Part shown: piece by piece, positions 51,377-64,000 of the stretch
Layout of the letters: each line of letters opens with the position of its first letter
Numbering within the stretch: the first letter of the stretch is position 1
Source: Takakia lepidozioides
Taxonomy: Eukaryota; Plantae; Bryophyta
Assembly: GCA_030704615.1 (NCBI GenBank)
Contig: CM060734.1
Location: forward strand, 22,444,001 to 22,508,000
Length of the DNA stretch: 64,000 bases
Reading direction: 5' to 3'
Translations under genes and position numbers: made by a program
The notes under the pieces: model-generated
What the model was told of the DNA's origin: nothing
Seen by the model: only the letters and a program-made list of their open reading frames with translations
Databases searched by the model: none

Positions 51377-53620
51377 ATGAGCAAACCATCAAAGGTTAGA
51401 AAGTCGTGATATGTAGTGGCAGTGTGTATGGGTGGTGGTGTGGCCAGGATTTTTATAAGGTGCTCGATGTGGAGTATGATGCCTCAGATGACTCTATACG
51501 CACCAACTACTTGCGGCTTGCTCTGGTATGTGGTTTGTCCTTTTAACTGCTCCTTTTCTCTTCTTTGGCTTTAATTCAGTAGTCCTTTGGTTCTGGGTTT
51601 TGTTCTGCGTCCCCTGGGCCTGTTGCGCATTGCTACTAACTTAATATGCTTTTTTCTTTTTTCTTTTCTCTCTCTCACTCTCTAGGCTACAGTTCTATCC
51701 GCGTTCTGCAAGAACATCAAGTCCCAACTACTTTGTCTGCATCTCTCTCTCTCCCTCTCTTCTCCAGTCTTTGAGACGATTCAGCGTGTATAGGCCAAGG
51801 ATTGAGACAGGTAGATTGGATAAGCTGCGACACACTGCTTGAGCTACATAAGACAGGCTGGAGATTGAGACCACAGAAGATGTCTTCTTTCACCGTTGAA
51901 ATCCAGGACGCTACTTTGTCGTTTTAGAGACTGCCACTCCCTGACATAGATCTTCCAGTACCAAGGTCACATATGCCTTGGGCCATATGGCTCTCCACCT
52001 TAAAGAATTTCTTGACGGCTGATTTTAGTTTTATTTTTGCGCTGTCTGGTTGTGGGACCCACTTTTCTATCTTGTGTCTTACACTCTCTTTGAGCTCCCT
52101 ATGGATGTTGAAAAGTTCCTTCGTTTGTTGTTTCTGTCACTCTCCATTCGGCATTGGGTCATAAAGGTAAGAGAGGTGTAGTTTCTTACCTTCCTTGAGC
52201 AGCATTATAACTAGATGAACTGTGAAAGATTTTGCATGTTAACAGAGTCCATCCTGAGCAATTTCCTCCCCCTGCCATCTTATGCAGAAGTGGCACCCAG
52301 ACAAACATAGTGGTGCAGATGCAGCCACCCTTAAGTTCCAGGAGATCAATGAGGCTTACCGAGGTGTGTTCTTTTTAATATTACAGTAAAGTTATAAGGA
52401 ATGGAGCATTCTGTCCAGGAGTTGTTGTTAGAAACATATAATGATAGCCTAGGGTTTGTTTAATAATGGACAAAGGCTATTCTAGATAAGAATCCTTGCC
52501 AAGCAGCCTACAATGGCTTTGCCAGGTTTGAAGAGGTATAGGGACATGAATTCCGACTTGGTAGCATCAGAGAGTAGGTCCAGACAGCCCTATTGTTGAT
52601 AGTTGTTGGAAACATCATCTACTTACCCATGTGAGGCTCATTGGGTCTGAAGTATAGGTGAATAATGTCATGAAGAGAGGCCTAACAAAGCATTTGTGGG
52701 ATGGATGGTTTGGTGGGGCAGTGCTTAGTGATCCAGTGAAGCGGCTTGAATATGATATGCAGGGTAACTATGATGTTCAGGACTACAACATCACGGTAGG
52801 AATCAACCAATCAACCTCCCTACTTTGGCGTCATTATTTAACCTTTTTAATCTACTCTCATCTCTCTCCCAGACGTCTTATGAGTTCTCATCTCTCCCAG
52901 AGGCACTGCACCTTCGTGGAACATTTTGGGGTTGCTCCAAGGATTTTGTGTCTTCACTGGTGTATTCTACTGTGCCTCTCGTGTATCTTTCTTCGGTTTT
53001 TTCTTTCTACTTCTCTCTGGTCATGTTTTCTAGAGATGAAAGGGGTCCATCCGCTTTCTTATCACTCTTGCCTTTCCTTTGCAATTCCTTCCATCCCTCA
53101 CCTGTGAGGGAATCCTCCACTTCTCTCCTTTAACACCCACGTATTCACTTTAATACTCCCTTCACTCACTTACACTTACACGAGGCCGAATATGAAACAT
53201 GCCTGACGTCAATCCTCCCCTTGGCCTGTCATAATAGTCTTCTTTGTTTCTGTTTAAGGTCTTTTGTTGTTGTTCAAGTTAGTCCCGCCAGTGTGGATGC
53301 ATAAGGTTTCTTTTTTTCCTTTGTGCTTTTGTGAGGAGGTCATTTCTTTCGTTATTTGTCGCTGAAGTGAATTTTTAAAATGCAATGTGATGGCCATATG
53401 AGATTGTGATGCAACTGTTTAATGGCTTGCTCGTTATATTGTCTTTCTCTTCACCGTTCTAAGTGCTGACTAGTATGGGAGGAAAGTTGTCAAGAGTGCT
53501 ATATGGCAGGCAGAAGGGGTTTTACTGATGGATGCTTGGATGCAGGATTATTTGAAGCGTTTTAAAGGCTTAATACTGACATGCAATGGGCTAGGAATAA
53601 ACAAGCATGCTAATTGGTAA
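51377..53620 (+). CDS. Small J-domain (DnaJ) protein, spliced: 51377-51394 (tentative), 51448-51525, 52288-52363, 52722-52795, 53546-53616/53620
   Basis: GT-AG phased exons give [26 protein letters not shown]|[17 protein letters not shown]|[11 protein letters not shown]..|[17 protein letters not shown]; HPD motif intact; start and end uncertain. Confidence 0.9.
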
Positions 53621-55024
53621 GCGTATCTTCTTTTAGTGGTGGCTCTTCACTAGTTCATGAGTGCGCTTTCTCTCACTTTCTAATGTCCTTCCTCTGTCTC
53701 TCCGCCATCATGCAACGCGTGAGTACATTCTCTCTGTATATTGGATGTTGGGATGTGCTGTCTGGTGAAGGGTCCAAGATATTCGTGCCACAATCCTCAC
53801 TTGCTTTGGTGTTTCTTGGTACGTCAGTGGTGACACAGCACACTAGAACATCAATAGCTGTTGAGCTGAGTGGTGTCATCTGAGTGTAACACAAACCAAC
53901 CTGGGCCGTTGTTGAAGAGCTCAAGCCACAAGGTATACGAGTTCCTCCACCCTCCACACGTGTGCATGAAGATCTGCTGACAGAGGAACACTTACAGGTC
54001 TTGGCTAGTATGCAAATGTGCCCAAGGCAAGAGAAGCAAGAGACAGAAAAAGGATTTGATTATGTACAGGGAGGTCTTTATGACCTTCAAGAGGGATAGA
54101 GAGAAAGGATTGGTGAGGCAAGTTGGTTTTTCCTAGCTAGTAAAAGCCATGTGGGAGGTCCTCACCTTTTCTGGTCACTCAATAGGGTTGAGAGTGAGAG
54201 TTTGGGAGACAGTGACAAGGACCTCCAAAGTGGGTGAGCGGGTGTTGATTACTGGCAGACCGGATGACCATGTTCTTGTCAAGTCAAGTGCAGTTGCAGA
54301 CAAAGAGCAGTGCTGTCCTCATGATGTTTGACACTCTTTGTGTGGGCACTTAGGATGGCGGGAGAATGTACCGGCACATTCAAACTCAACTGCGAGGGAC
54401 GTAAGTGCTGTTGACCAAGGGTGCCAACTACTCTGCACACACAGCAGCTTTCACTCATTGGAGCTGTTTCTCTGTAATGCCTTCCTCTCACTACTCTAGG
54501 TTACTTCCAGTTTGATAGCCAGAACCCCGTCCCAAAGCTTGGATGTGGTTTGTTGTGAAGGAGGAGACATTGTCACCCACTAAGGAAGGATTTCTTTGTG
54601 TGTGGGTAGAGTCACGTGGTATTCAGACGCATTCGACTGGGACATGTATATCAGTGCTAGTTTGGAGAGAGGAAGAATCCCCATGGTCCTGGAAAGATCC
54701 AATCCTGGTGTCCACCATCAAGCATTGCTGTAGCCCAATAGTTTTGGCAAAGGAGTTTTTAATTTTGTTGCCAAGTTTATTGTGGCAAGTGTCACAAGAA
54801 TCTTGGAAACCACATGTGGTGTTAGCAACCTCTCCTCCAGTCCCTGTATAGTTGTAAAAGATTGAGCAACTACATAGCATGTCACTGATTAATCTTTTAG
54901 ATGGGATTTTCCAAAGGTGTTTGTATAAGGGAAACAATGAATATGATGGGTAGGTCTGCGGACTATATTGTATAATCTGACAATCTGCCAACCTTGTAAG
55001 AATTTTATTGGAGATTTGGTTAAA

Positions 55025-55269
55025 AAGAAAAGTCATAGTTAAAAGTCTTGCGGAATATATTTTTAAGGGAGATTGTCAAATGTTTGAGTAAGGTATAATC
55101 TTGGACACTTAAGTTGAGAACAAGAAAATTAATGTGGGAATCTAATACAAGAAAAGTCATAGTTAAAAGTTTTGGAATATATTTTTAAGGGAGATTGTGA
55201 AATGTTTGAGTAAGGTATAATAGTAGACACTTGAAAATTGACAATAAAATTAATGTGGGAATCTGATGC
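55025..55269. repeat. Tandem duplication, ~122-bp unit x2
   Basis: AAGAAAAGTCATAGTTAAAAGT...TTAATGTGGGAATCT at 55025 and 55149. Confidence 0.85.
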
Positions 55270-55321
55270 AAGATGCAATCTCTGATAACACATTCCGACC
55301 CCTTTGGTCTATCAAATTTTT

Positions 55322-57347
55322 ATCACCCCCTCCAGAGAGTGAGTGACAGAGAATTGCATGGCATTATGGGCATGACTACCACTTGGTGACATGAAATTAG
55401 AAGGGTAGAAGAGAGTGACCTGTCAATAGCAGTTGTTCAGCGATGGGGAGCCTCACAAACTGTCTCATCTGGCATCATTGTAACCATTTTTGCACACCCT
55501 GTTTCATGTAATCTGGATACTATGGACTAGGTAGCCTTGGAGGCCAGACCGCTTCAGTTTCAATGTCAAAAGTGCACTCTTCAAGGCCATTAGCACCCAT
55601 GTGATGCCAATGATCTAGGTATGTTTGGGGATGATGGCACTCAGCCCGCATCGTTGCTTTATCTCCACTCTTGACTTTAGTGACAAAGTGTAATGACCTT
55701 CTTGGCCTTCCCCTTGCCATGAGTGCTTTGTCCAACAATGCTACAGTGACCTGCATTTCTGGTTTCTGAGGTCTCGTCCTTGAACCTCCCTCCTCCGAGC
55801 CCAGGCTCCAACTATGAGTATTTCCAGCCTGCACATCACTCTGAACAACAAGCTCTCCTGCAGCAATACTCACCTTCATCTCTCCTTCATACAGCACCAC
55901 CGAGTCACCCTCTTCATGATCTTCCCCAATTCTTTCCTCCATTAAACTGTCACTTGGTGGAGCGGCAGTTCCAGAGCTGCTCTGCTCTTGCTTTTTCGGT
56001 CAATGCTTGAGCTTGCATTGAGCATTCTCAGATCTCCTAGCGTCCCCGGGTCCCATGCCCTTTGCTGGTCACAGTTCATTGGCTGACCTCTGAACGCTAT
56101 CAGGTCAACCAGGGTCTTCTTAGCAGAAAGGCCAACCTTCTCTTTCTCTTCCCTATGCATCCTCTTCATCCCAAGATGCATCTCTCTAAGAGAGTCAAAC
56201 TTTGATGCTAGTTTCCCCATATTCCAGATCAAGAATGAACACAACAAGAGTGTTGAAACGTGAGAAGATTTCAAACCTTTCTCGTGAACGGTACTCAAAT
56301 CTCCCATCTTTTGCTCCGTGGGTAGGAATTCAAGTATCCTTCCATCAACATCTACAGTTTCAAGCTTTTGGCACGAACTGGTGATTTCAGCTGACTCACA
56401 TCTGATCCCAAGTTGTCATGCAAGTTGATGTCTCTTGTGCTCTCAACCATCATCCTTCTGAACATACTATCCTCCTTGTCATCCTTCCCATGTGCTACAT
56501 TGGTCATATGGCCTCCTTTACTTGAGTGTCTGATTCCAGAGGCATCTTGCCAGACTTTGCAAGTCCTCTTTCCAGATCAATAGCTGTTTCCAGAGCTTCA
56601 TTCACATCCCCAATTGTTCTCCCTAAGAGTGTTGTTACAATCTCAGGTTTCAATCTTTTCACAAATCTCATCTTTCGCTCAATGTCAGAAGCTTGAGCTT
56701 TGCAACACCAACAATCCAATCTGTGAAAATACTTACATACCTCCTCGTTGTCTTCTTGCTTTATATTGTCCAACATCATCCTGGTTTCAGTCTGTGCATG
56801 AGCCCCTCCAAATTTTAAGATGGCTGCAATCTAAAACTCCCACCAATTGTTGAGTTTAGGGTTCTGCATCTTATACCATGTGTCTGCTCGCGCTTGAAGG
56901 TTCAGCCTCGCCAACTTTAAGAGCTTGTCTTCTCCAAAGCCCCGAAGCTCTCCTTCCAAGTATAGCTCATCGAACCAAAGATGAATACCCTCATTTCTCC
57001 TCCCTTCAAATGGCCTGTCCAAGCGAACCCAATTGTTCACCATCGCATACAAATGTTGCTTTCTTTGCTCTTCACAGCATAGTAGACTTAGAAAGGTTCC
57101 AACACTTGGTCCTTTATGTAGGCACAAGAGTAAGAGCAACATTTTCTCTCAACCAAGGTTCCATGATACACATGCTAATCATAAGAGCGGTAATTAGTTC
57201 TGAGACAACGGTGATCCTTATCAGACCAGATCAGACCTCCCTTCTACTCAACCACTCTAGGTCCTCCTATTTTAGTTTTTATTTTTGCAAAGCACACATG
57301 CACCTCTCATAATCTAAGGTCCTTTGAGCGCACAGGCTCTGATACCA
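55322..57347 (-). mobile_element. Degenerate LTR retroelement internal region: iMet PBS and gag remnant
   Basis: TGGTATCAGAGC on the minus strand at 57336-57347; gag-like LLKLARLNLQARADTWY and KQEDNEEVCKYFHR..RFVKRLKPEI; PPT-like GGAGGGGGTG at ~55323-55332; no RT motifs seen. Confidence 0.65.
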
Positions 57348-59589
57348 AAAGAAAGGGGCATAAATCCCCTTCTAGTTAACTCCTAAATTGTTCCTTACCC
57401 AAATATACACTTACTGCCCTATGACTCACACCACAGATAATTACTTCTACTCTATTCATGACCAAAGATTGGGTACCCTCATCCACGCCGCAGCGGAAGA
57501 GAAGACATGGACAGGGGTTGAGAAGTTTCTCTAATTTATAGCTTGGCTCATTTATAAACAGGGTATTGCATATGCCAGGGTTATGTTTCCTAAATGTTTC
57601 AACACTTACATTATCACAAAATCAGGTTAGCCAGAACCCATGAAGGGCAATCACTTGATAATACTGGCAGGCCAGTTCCATGAAGTACACCTCAAGTTTT
57701 GTGGTCACTGGTTCAACTACAACCAGCTCCGGGTTTTCCACACACATAACCTCACTTTGATTATCCACCATTCCTCTTTCAAGATCTCTTTTCCCCATCC
57801 CTTTGCATCAAGGATGTATGACACTTTCAACCCTCTCAATCCCTTCTTGCAGATACAAATGGGCTACCAATAATCACCCTCAAGTGATCTTCTCTGTTGC
57901 AGGCCTCAGCCCCTGCATGATTCTAAGTATATCATGCAATCAGCAGCCAACAGGTTTACTTCCACCTGATTCATTCTCTCTGAAAATGCTACTGCCTAAC
58001 CTAATTATATGCATGCTGCCCTCATTGTAAGTCATGGGCACTTCTTTTTTACTCCTCATTCACGTCCTCCCAAAACAGGAGACATCCTATGTTAAGAATT
58101 GACTTCCCAACTTCTTGCAACACTCCACATAACTTCCATCCTGCCTCACTTTCTCTCTACCACCAGGACTGGTATGAATTCCAGAAGTCTCCATTCCATT
58201 TTCCAAAGCCTTTTTTCCCCAAGGTCCTCTCTAGAAAAACATCCCTACTCCTAAATTGTCACCAGTAGAAGAAGAAGATTTTCATTGCACTTAGCTCTCT
58301 TATACCCCCTCCACTCAGGCGGTCGAGCTCCTTACTTGCTATGATTTATCCACATCCTCTGTCAGCCAGTCTTAATGCCTGCCGTGGCTGCCCTTGCTGG
58401 CGCATCCTCAGACAGGAGATATCAAGCCTTGGTTTATGATTCCGTCACCGCCCCACTTCTATCCTATCCTCTATCGAGCTATACATTACGCATCATCAAT
58501 ACCATGGCGGCACCGCAGCTCCTCCTGGCAGCATTAAGCTCAACTTCTACTGCTGCTGCTCTTTCCCCGCCGCACCCCAAACAGGATACATCAAGGCATG
58601 GCGCTTAGTTCTTCACCGCCCCCAACTATCCTATCCTCCAGCAAGCCAGGTCTCCTCAATTCATAACCCCTTCACGGCATTACTGGCAGTAGCACAGATT
58701 TCTATGCTGCCCCCCTCATCACTCCTTATCCTCTTACATAACTATTTCTAAATTGAGCTATGAGCTAAAATTAACAGTCAGCACACAGATCGTGTGCTCA
58801 GGTTGCCAGGCATGCCAGCTTTCTCCTCGCAGCTTCGCCATCGTTCTTCTTCATACTTCGCCTCCCCGTCATCCTAGGGCATCAACAAATGATGTATGCT
58901 TCTGCGAATGAAAAATACACAAGGTTCATTAGTCAAGAAAAAGTACTTAAACATTTTCACTAGACAGATAATGCCCCCCCATGCATTCATACTGCAATTT
59001 TAATGGAGTGTGGCAAACCCCCCACACATTCACACTACAATGCCAACACGGATAATGCCTAAGTCTACGACAGATCGCCACGGCCAAGTTCCTGCTGTAG
59101 GGGCTGCCTAGGGGCCGCCAGCAGTACGGGTAAGCCCCGACTGGTGACCCAACGGAAGAATCGTAGGGAGCAGCCGCGGCCCCACGCGTAGGCGCTGAGA
59201 AGGCGGGGCGCTGACCCTAAGCTCTATGTGCAAAAGGACGGCCTGCGTGGCCAGCACGCGGGGCAAAAAACAGCCGCATGCCAAATCTGATTCATTAACC
59301 ACTGTGTAAAGCTACGGCCCGCGGACCGTCGTGCTTGATATGTGTTTTTAGGGAGGAAGTAGGTTTTTCCAACCCCTTTGGCAATCTTGTCCGGGGATTG
59401 GGAACTATTTTTGCAGTGGGAGAAACCTTATGAAGGGGTCTGGTATGCACTCCCTTACGGGGTCAGTGCATACCACACTCACTCCATAAGGGACTGCCAT
59501 ACCATGGGCTGGTTGGTGGGTGCCCCCTCTCTCCCTCTGTCTCCCTCCCTCCTTGGAATTGGCCGGTTTTATCAGTGTTAATTTCCTAT

Positions 59590-60150
59590 TTTTCCATCTA
59601 TATCGGATGGATTATGACAGGGTGGACACTAAATTACCTCTAAGCTGAGTCTATGATTTTTTCATTTATTGACTTTCACCCATACCGGATGAGTCACCAG
59701 AGAATGAGGAATTACCTCTATAGGGGTTGACACTGGCATCCTATATATAAAATTTTCCATCCATACCGGATGAAAATAACCAGGATATTAATTCGTTTAT
59801 TCCTCTTTTATGGCTTTTTTCCGTACTGGATGAGACATTTTTTGGGGATGTTGAATTACCTGTTAGGATGTGAAACCATTGCCTTGGATGTTATGTACTG
59901 TTTTTCCATCTTATTGATGAACCTTCTCCAACTGGATGAACTTATTGACTTTTTCATCTAAACCGGATGAAATATACAGCCTATGATGGCCCTGGACTGT
60001 TGATTAATTACCCTTAATTATGGCTAATTAAGGAGTGAAACCCTAACCCCTACCCTATAACCTACTTTTTAAACCTAGCTAACGGATGACATCCGTCGGG
60101 TTTCGAAAAAAGTGGTGTTGATTACTCATCCTGCACGGATGAAAAAATCG
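59590..60150. repeat. Array of (TTT/CATCC)..(CGGATGA) short palindromic motifs, likely CACTA subterminal repeats
   Basis: About 7 copies of A(C/T)GGATGA-type motifs in both orientations, next to the transposase remnant. Confidence 0.55.
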
Positions 60151-61049
60151 GGCATGGCCCTAGGGTGTCTCTCCCGCCGTCAGCAGCACTCCTCGTGCTT
60201 CTGAGCTCGCGGGATAAGAGTTATGGCATCTGCGTTTTGCTGCTACCCTGTCTGCTGCTTCGTGCCCATGCTGGACGAGCTCCTGGGGATGCGCAATGGC
60301 GGCGTTTTGTCTCTTCTCACTGGCGGGAGACAATGATGTGAATGCATTGTCTCTTTCCCTCCTCTGGCTTTTAATTCTTGCAGCGGCGCTTGTGTGGGGA
60401 AGTATCTCTCTCTCCCTTCTTAAACCTAGCAAGTGTGCTTGTATGCTTCACTTCTCCTTTGTTTTGCTGGTGGTGATGGCGCACAGTTCTCTTCCCCAAT
60501 CACTGAAGGTGCTTTTGGTGATTAGGGTTCCTTTTGTTTTATGTCTTTCTCTCTTGCTTTTGAGGTTCTTAGTTGACATCGATGACAAATGTAGGGGTCT
60601 GTGATTCACCCGGGGTTCCACAATCCTCACTAACCTGTTGGTTTTTGTGGGGGCTTGCGATGGGACCAGGTGAGGATCCCTACTTGCTTTGAATTCTCTT
60701 GAGCTTGCAGATAAAGATGTGGGCAAATGGAACCTATTCCGTATGGCGTCATGACTTGGCTGCTGCCTGCAGCCCCGAGCTTTGCTTGCTCCTGGTTTGG
60801 CATGCTAATGCTTACTTTTGCCTTATGTTTTGCTGCCTTTGATGGAGCACTTTCGACTTGGCAGGCTTGTCTCTTGAAGCCCAGCATCTGGACCTTACCT
60901 TGTCTTGAATCTTTGACAGCATTGCCTGTGGATTTTTAAACTAGGTATTGTTTTGGCCTTAAAGAGGAGTTATGGTTTATGGGTAAGGCATCAATGGTTG
61001 CTAGGTTCTAAGAAAGAGGAGGCCCTGTTTTTAAAGATGGCAGCCTGAT

Positions 61050-62144
61050 AAGGCAATGACAGACCTCTTTCAGACCTGGATTTAGTGTGGAATGGAGCAT
61101 AGTGAGGTTTTATTTACAAAACCTGGCATAAACCTCCTGGAAAACAGTGTTGGTAAGCTCTACTGGACCTTTGCCAGAGATTATTTACCTTATCTTGCCA
61201 TCAGACCAGGCACCTGCAATATATGATTTATTTTTTGGCCAAGTGGGCTTGGTCTCGGGCACTCAAAGTGTTTGTGTGTCCATATCTTGAATCTATAATC
61301 TGGCAGGCCTTTCTTCCATGCCAAAATGCCTTACATGATGCATGTCTTGGGGCAATTATACATGGTGTAGAATGAAGCTGCAGTCTGTCTTGTCATGCCC
61401 AAGAGGGTCATTTGGTTACATGTTTGGAATCCATCAATTTGAGAAGCTCGTCCACTGCTGCATTAGAAACACCGCGAGTAGCATTTACGTTTAAGAGGAG
61501 CAAGCTGGCTGCCAGACGACTTGTTCGGCAGCCAGGATACAGATGGGTCTTCACCGCATATTCATACTCGGATACCACACGGGCATCTGTAGAGTCGCCA
61601 TCTCCCCCAGCTTGCCCGCTTTCTTCGTGGGCATTCACTTGTTGTTGTCCAACAGTGTCCGCAATTGAAAATGTCTCCCACAACATCCTCAGCATGTCCA
61701 TTTGCGAGTCTAATCCTTCCCCACCCACAAGCAAGCCAAACTTCCAACATTGTCGTCTTGTGGAGACTGCGGTCCATCCCCGTTCCCCTGCACAAGTCAC
61801 TTCCGCACGTGTCATAATACGTGTCATCCCCCATCTGCAATCAGCCAAAGCGGAATTCAAAAACTACGTTGAAGGATTTTGAGATAGAACCTAGAGGATA
61901 GAGGAGAGGCATTCTCACAGGGAGAAAGCGCAGGTTGGGATCTCGCAAATGAACCAGCAAATGAGTTGTAGCAGTGCTCAAAAACTGCATGTGCCCCACC
62001 ATGGCATTCATTGCACGGACACCATATTTGCCGCATATGCAGTCTCCTTGCATTTTGTTCTTCTTGTTGCCATAGAATTGCGTCTAACAGACGATCTGGG
62101 TCAGAAGCTTCTGCCATGGTCTGAATGACTTGACCTCCCCACAA
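61050..62144 (-). mobile_element. CACTA/EnSpm transposase N-terminal remnant
   Basis: IWCPCNEC; LYPGCRTSRLAASLLLLNV..GVSNAAVDELLKLM; CPKTCIM, typical of the region preceding Transposase_21. Confidence 0.75.
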
Positions 62145-64000
62145 ACTTACTAATTGTTTACTGTCTACTGCTCCAACTGACTACTATGCGTGCGTGACAA
62201 TGTGAGTATGAGCCCTCACCCTGAGGTCTATTCTTTTTCTTTGTTCCAGTGTCTCCTTGTATGCATTTTCACCCCCTGGTGAAGCTCTATGAGGTGTCAT
62301 TCTGTGATCTGGGCGACATTTCCAGCGACGATATGAAAGAGACTGAGAGGAAGAGTGCATACGAGGCCGCGAGAGATGCACGAGTGAAGAGTAACCTGGA
62401 AACGCTGGCAATGCTAGACCTAACAAGCACGAAGGAAAGGTTCATGGTGCTGCATTGAAGTGAGCATATTTTGGCTTTCCGCAATACTTTAGTTTTTGCT
62501 GCTTCTTTTCAAATTTTAGATTTTGGTTCTGTGCAAAACAAGGATGCGACGTCGCTGGCATTGTGCAGCTTAGCACAATTATCCTGGAGGCCAAGTAGGA
62601 AAGAGAAGTTCGTGCATACTGGCCCTCCCCGCCAGGGGTTGCTATTTCATGAGCGGCATGAGCATGAGCGAAAAAAAAAAATGCATGAGCGGACAATTGT
62701 GTGTCCACGAAAATAGGGTTAGGAGGCACGGAAATAGGGTCATTTGAAGCTGGAATGTGGCACCACTGGACTCGTCATAGCAATGAAATGCAACATTTTA
62801 TTGCAAATTTTGTGGCAAGCCACATCTATACAAGTGTGTTCTAACTGTCATAGCCGGAATGGGCACTACTCTCCTACACCCTCCGAGGAACTTGCCCCAC
62901 CTTCCTCCTCATCCCCCTCATCCCCCCCATCCTCTGAGCTTTGAGATGCATCAGTTCCACTACAGGTGGACCCTCCTCTACTGAGAGTGGTCTATCCAAT
63001 CCTGCAGGAATATGAAAATGTCCCCTGACTTGGGGCGAGAAGTCCCACGGGGTGAGATGCTTGTTAGGGCAGTTGCTAGGATCCCGGCACGCCATCGCCG
63101 ACTATTGAAAAGGCTGCCAGGAAGCAGAGAGGGTGCGCAGGGAAGTGGGAGTGTGGGAGGAGAGGAAGTGAGAGGAGCTCGGAGCGAGGAAGTGCTGTTG
63201 CAGTCTCGGTTTGAAACGCGTGGGTGACAAAGCCAGTGTCTCCCTCTCCTCTTCCCCTCCCTTTCCCGTGCCCCCCTATTTCCCTCTTCCCTCTTCTTGT
63301 CTTTCTCCCTCTTCCTTTCCTCCTCCTTCCACCTCATTGCGGCCTCCTTTGAAGCCTCCCTCTTCTCCCAAGGTGATGAGGAAACCCCCCCCCCCCCCCC
63401 CCCCCCCCCTTATAAGCCCTCTTGGCTATAGGAGAAGGGGAAAAGACATTGGTGCTGGGGGTAAGCTCAAGTTGCCCATACTTGGCGCCAGATCTGAGAA
63501 TGCGCTTCCCCACGTAAGTGTCAAGGCCCTCCATCAGCCCGTGGGGTGGCATTCTAGCCTGAACATTGGATGCACCACCCTGAAGTGGAGGCTCATCCTC
63601 AACCTCGACCTTCAAGGGCGTGGAGGCCTCGACGGCCTTATGGCTCGGTCCTCTCACATAGCTGCCTATAGGGCTGGTGAGTTTGCTCTTAGGGTTTTAA
63701 GGGTTACATAGTTTAGTTTAGGATTTAGTTTCATAGGTCAGTTTAGGGTTAGTTATAATATAGTTTGGTTTTTAGGGTTTCATTGTTGCGGGGTGGGGAC
63801 ATATGGCTTTACGTTTGGAGGGTTTGTTTTCTCAAGGTTTTACTAGGGTTGGGAGTGTAACTCCACCGAGGTTACAGTGGATCACAGTACGGTTGGGAGT
63901 AACATAACTCCACTAGAGGGGGGGATACGATTAATTAGGTTTTTAGAGTCAAGATGCAATAATTCCTCTACCTCTCTCTTGTGCTAGGTCATGCCGCGTG

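Noticed and set aside
63211-63711. Proline-rich ORF
   Set aside because: Driven by a poly-C run and CT-rich low complexity; no domain.

Overview
Repeat-dense eukaryotic DNA, most likely from a non-flowering land plant (PLS/DYW PPR pseudogenes, a spliced DnaJ gene, an RPL17 retrocopy). The first ~29 kb is a nest of decayed Ty3/Gypsy LTR retrotransposons: four pol-bearing copies plus one leader/gag fragment. Their ancestral single ORF reads Gag(2x CCHC)-protease-[DNMT3-like C5 cytosine methyltransferase]-RT-RNaseH-integrase-[PHD finger]. The methyltransferase has recognisable motifs I-VI and VIII-X, lies in the polyprotein frame, and shows mainly synonymous divergence between subfamilies. The 3' ends of this family are also unusual: PPT, then a short TG..CA block, then a GACAGCTGTC palindrome, then a second TG-starting hairpin-rich block. 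The rest of the window holds solo LTRs with target-site duplications (TSDs), two LINE remnants, a 1.7-kb TIR element, a SINE-like head, a PPR-DYW pseudogene, a DnaJ gene, a gag remnant with an iMet PBS, and a CACTA remnant. All calls are by eye from motifs and repeats; no database search was run, and boundaries without a TSD are approximate.
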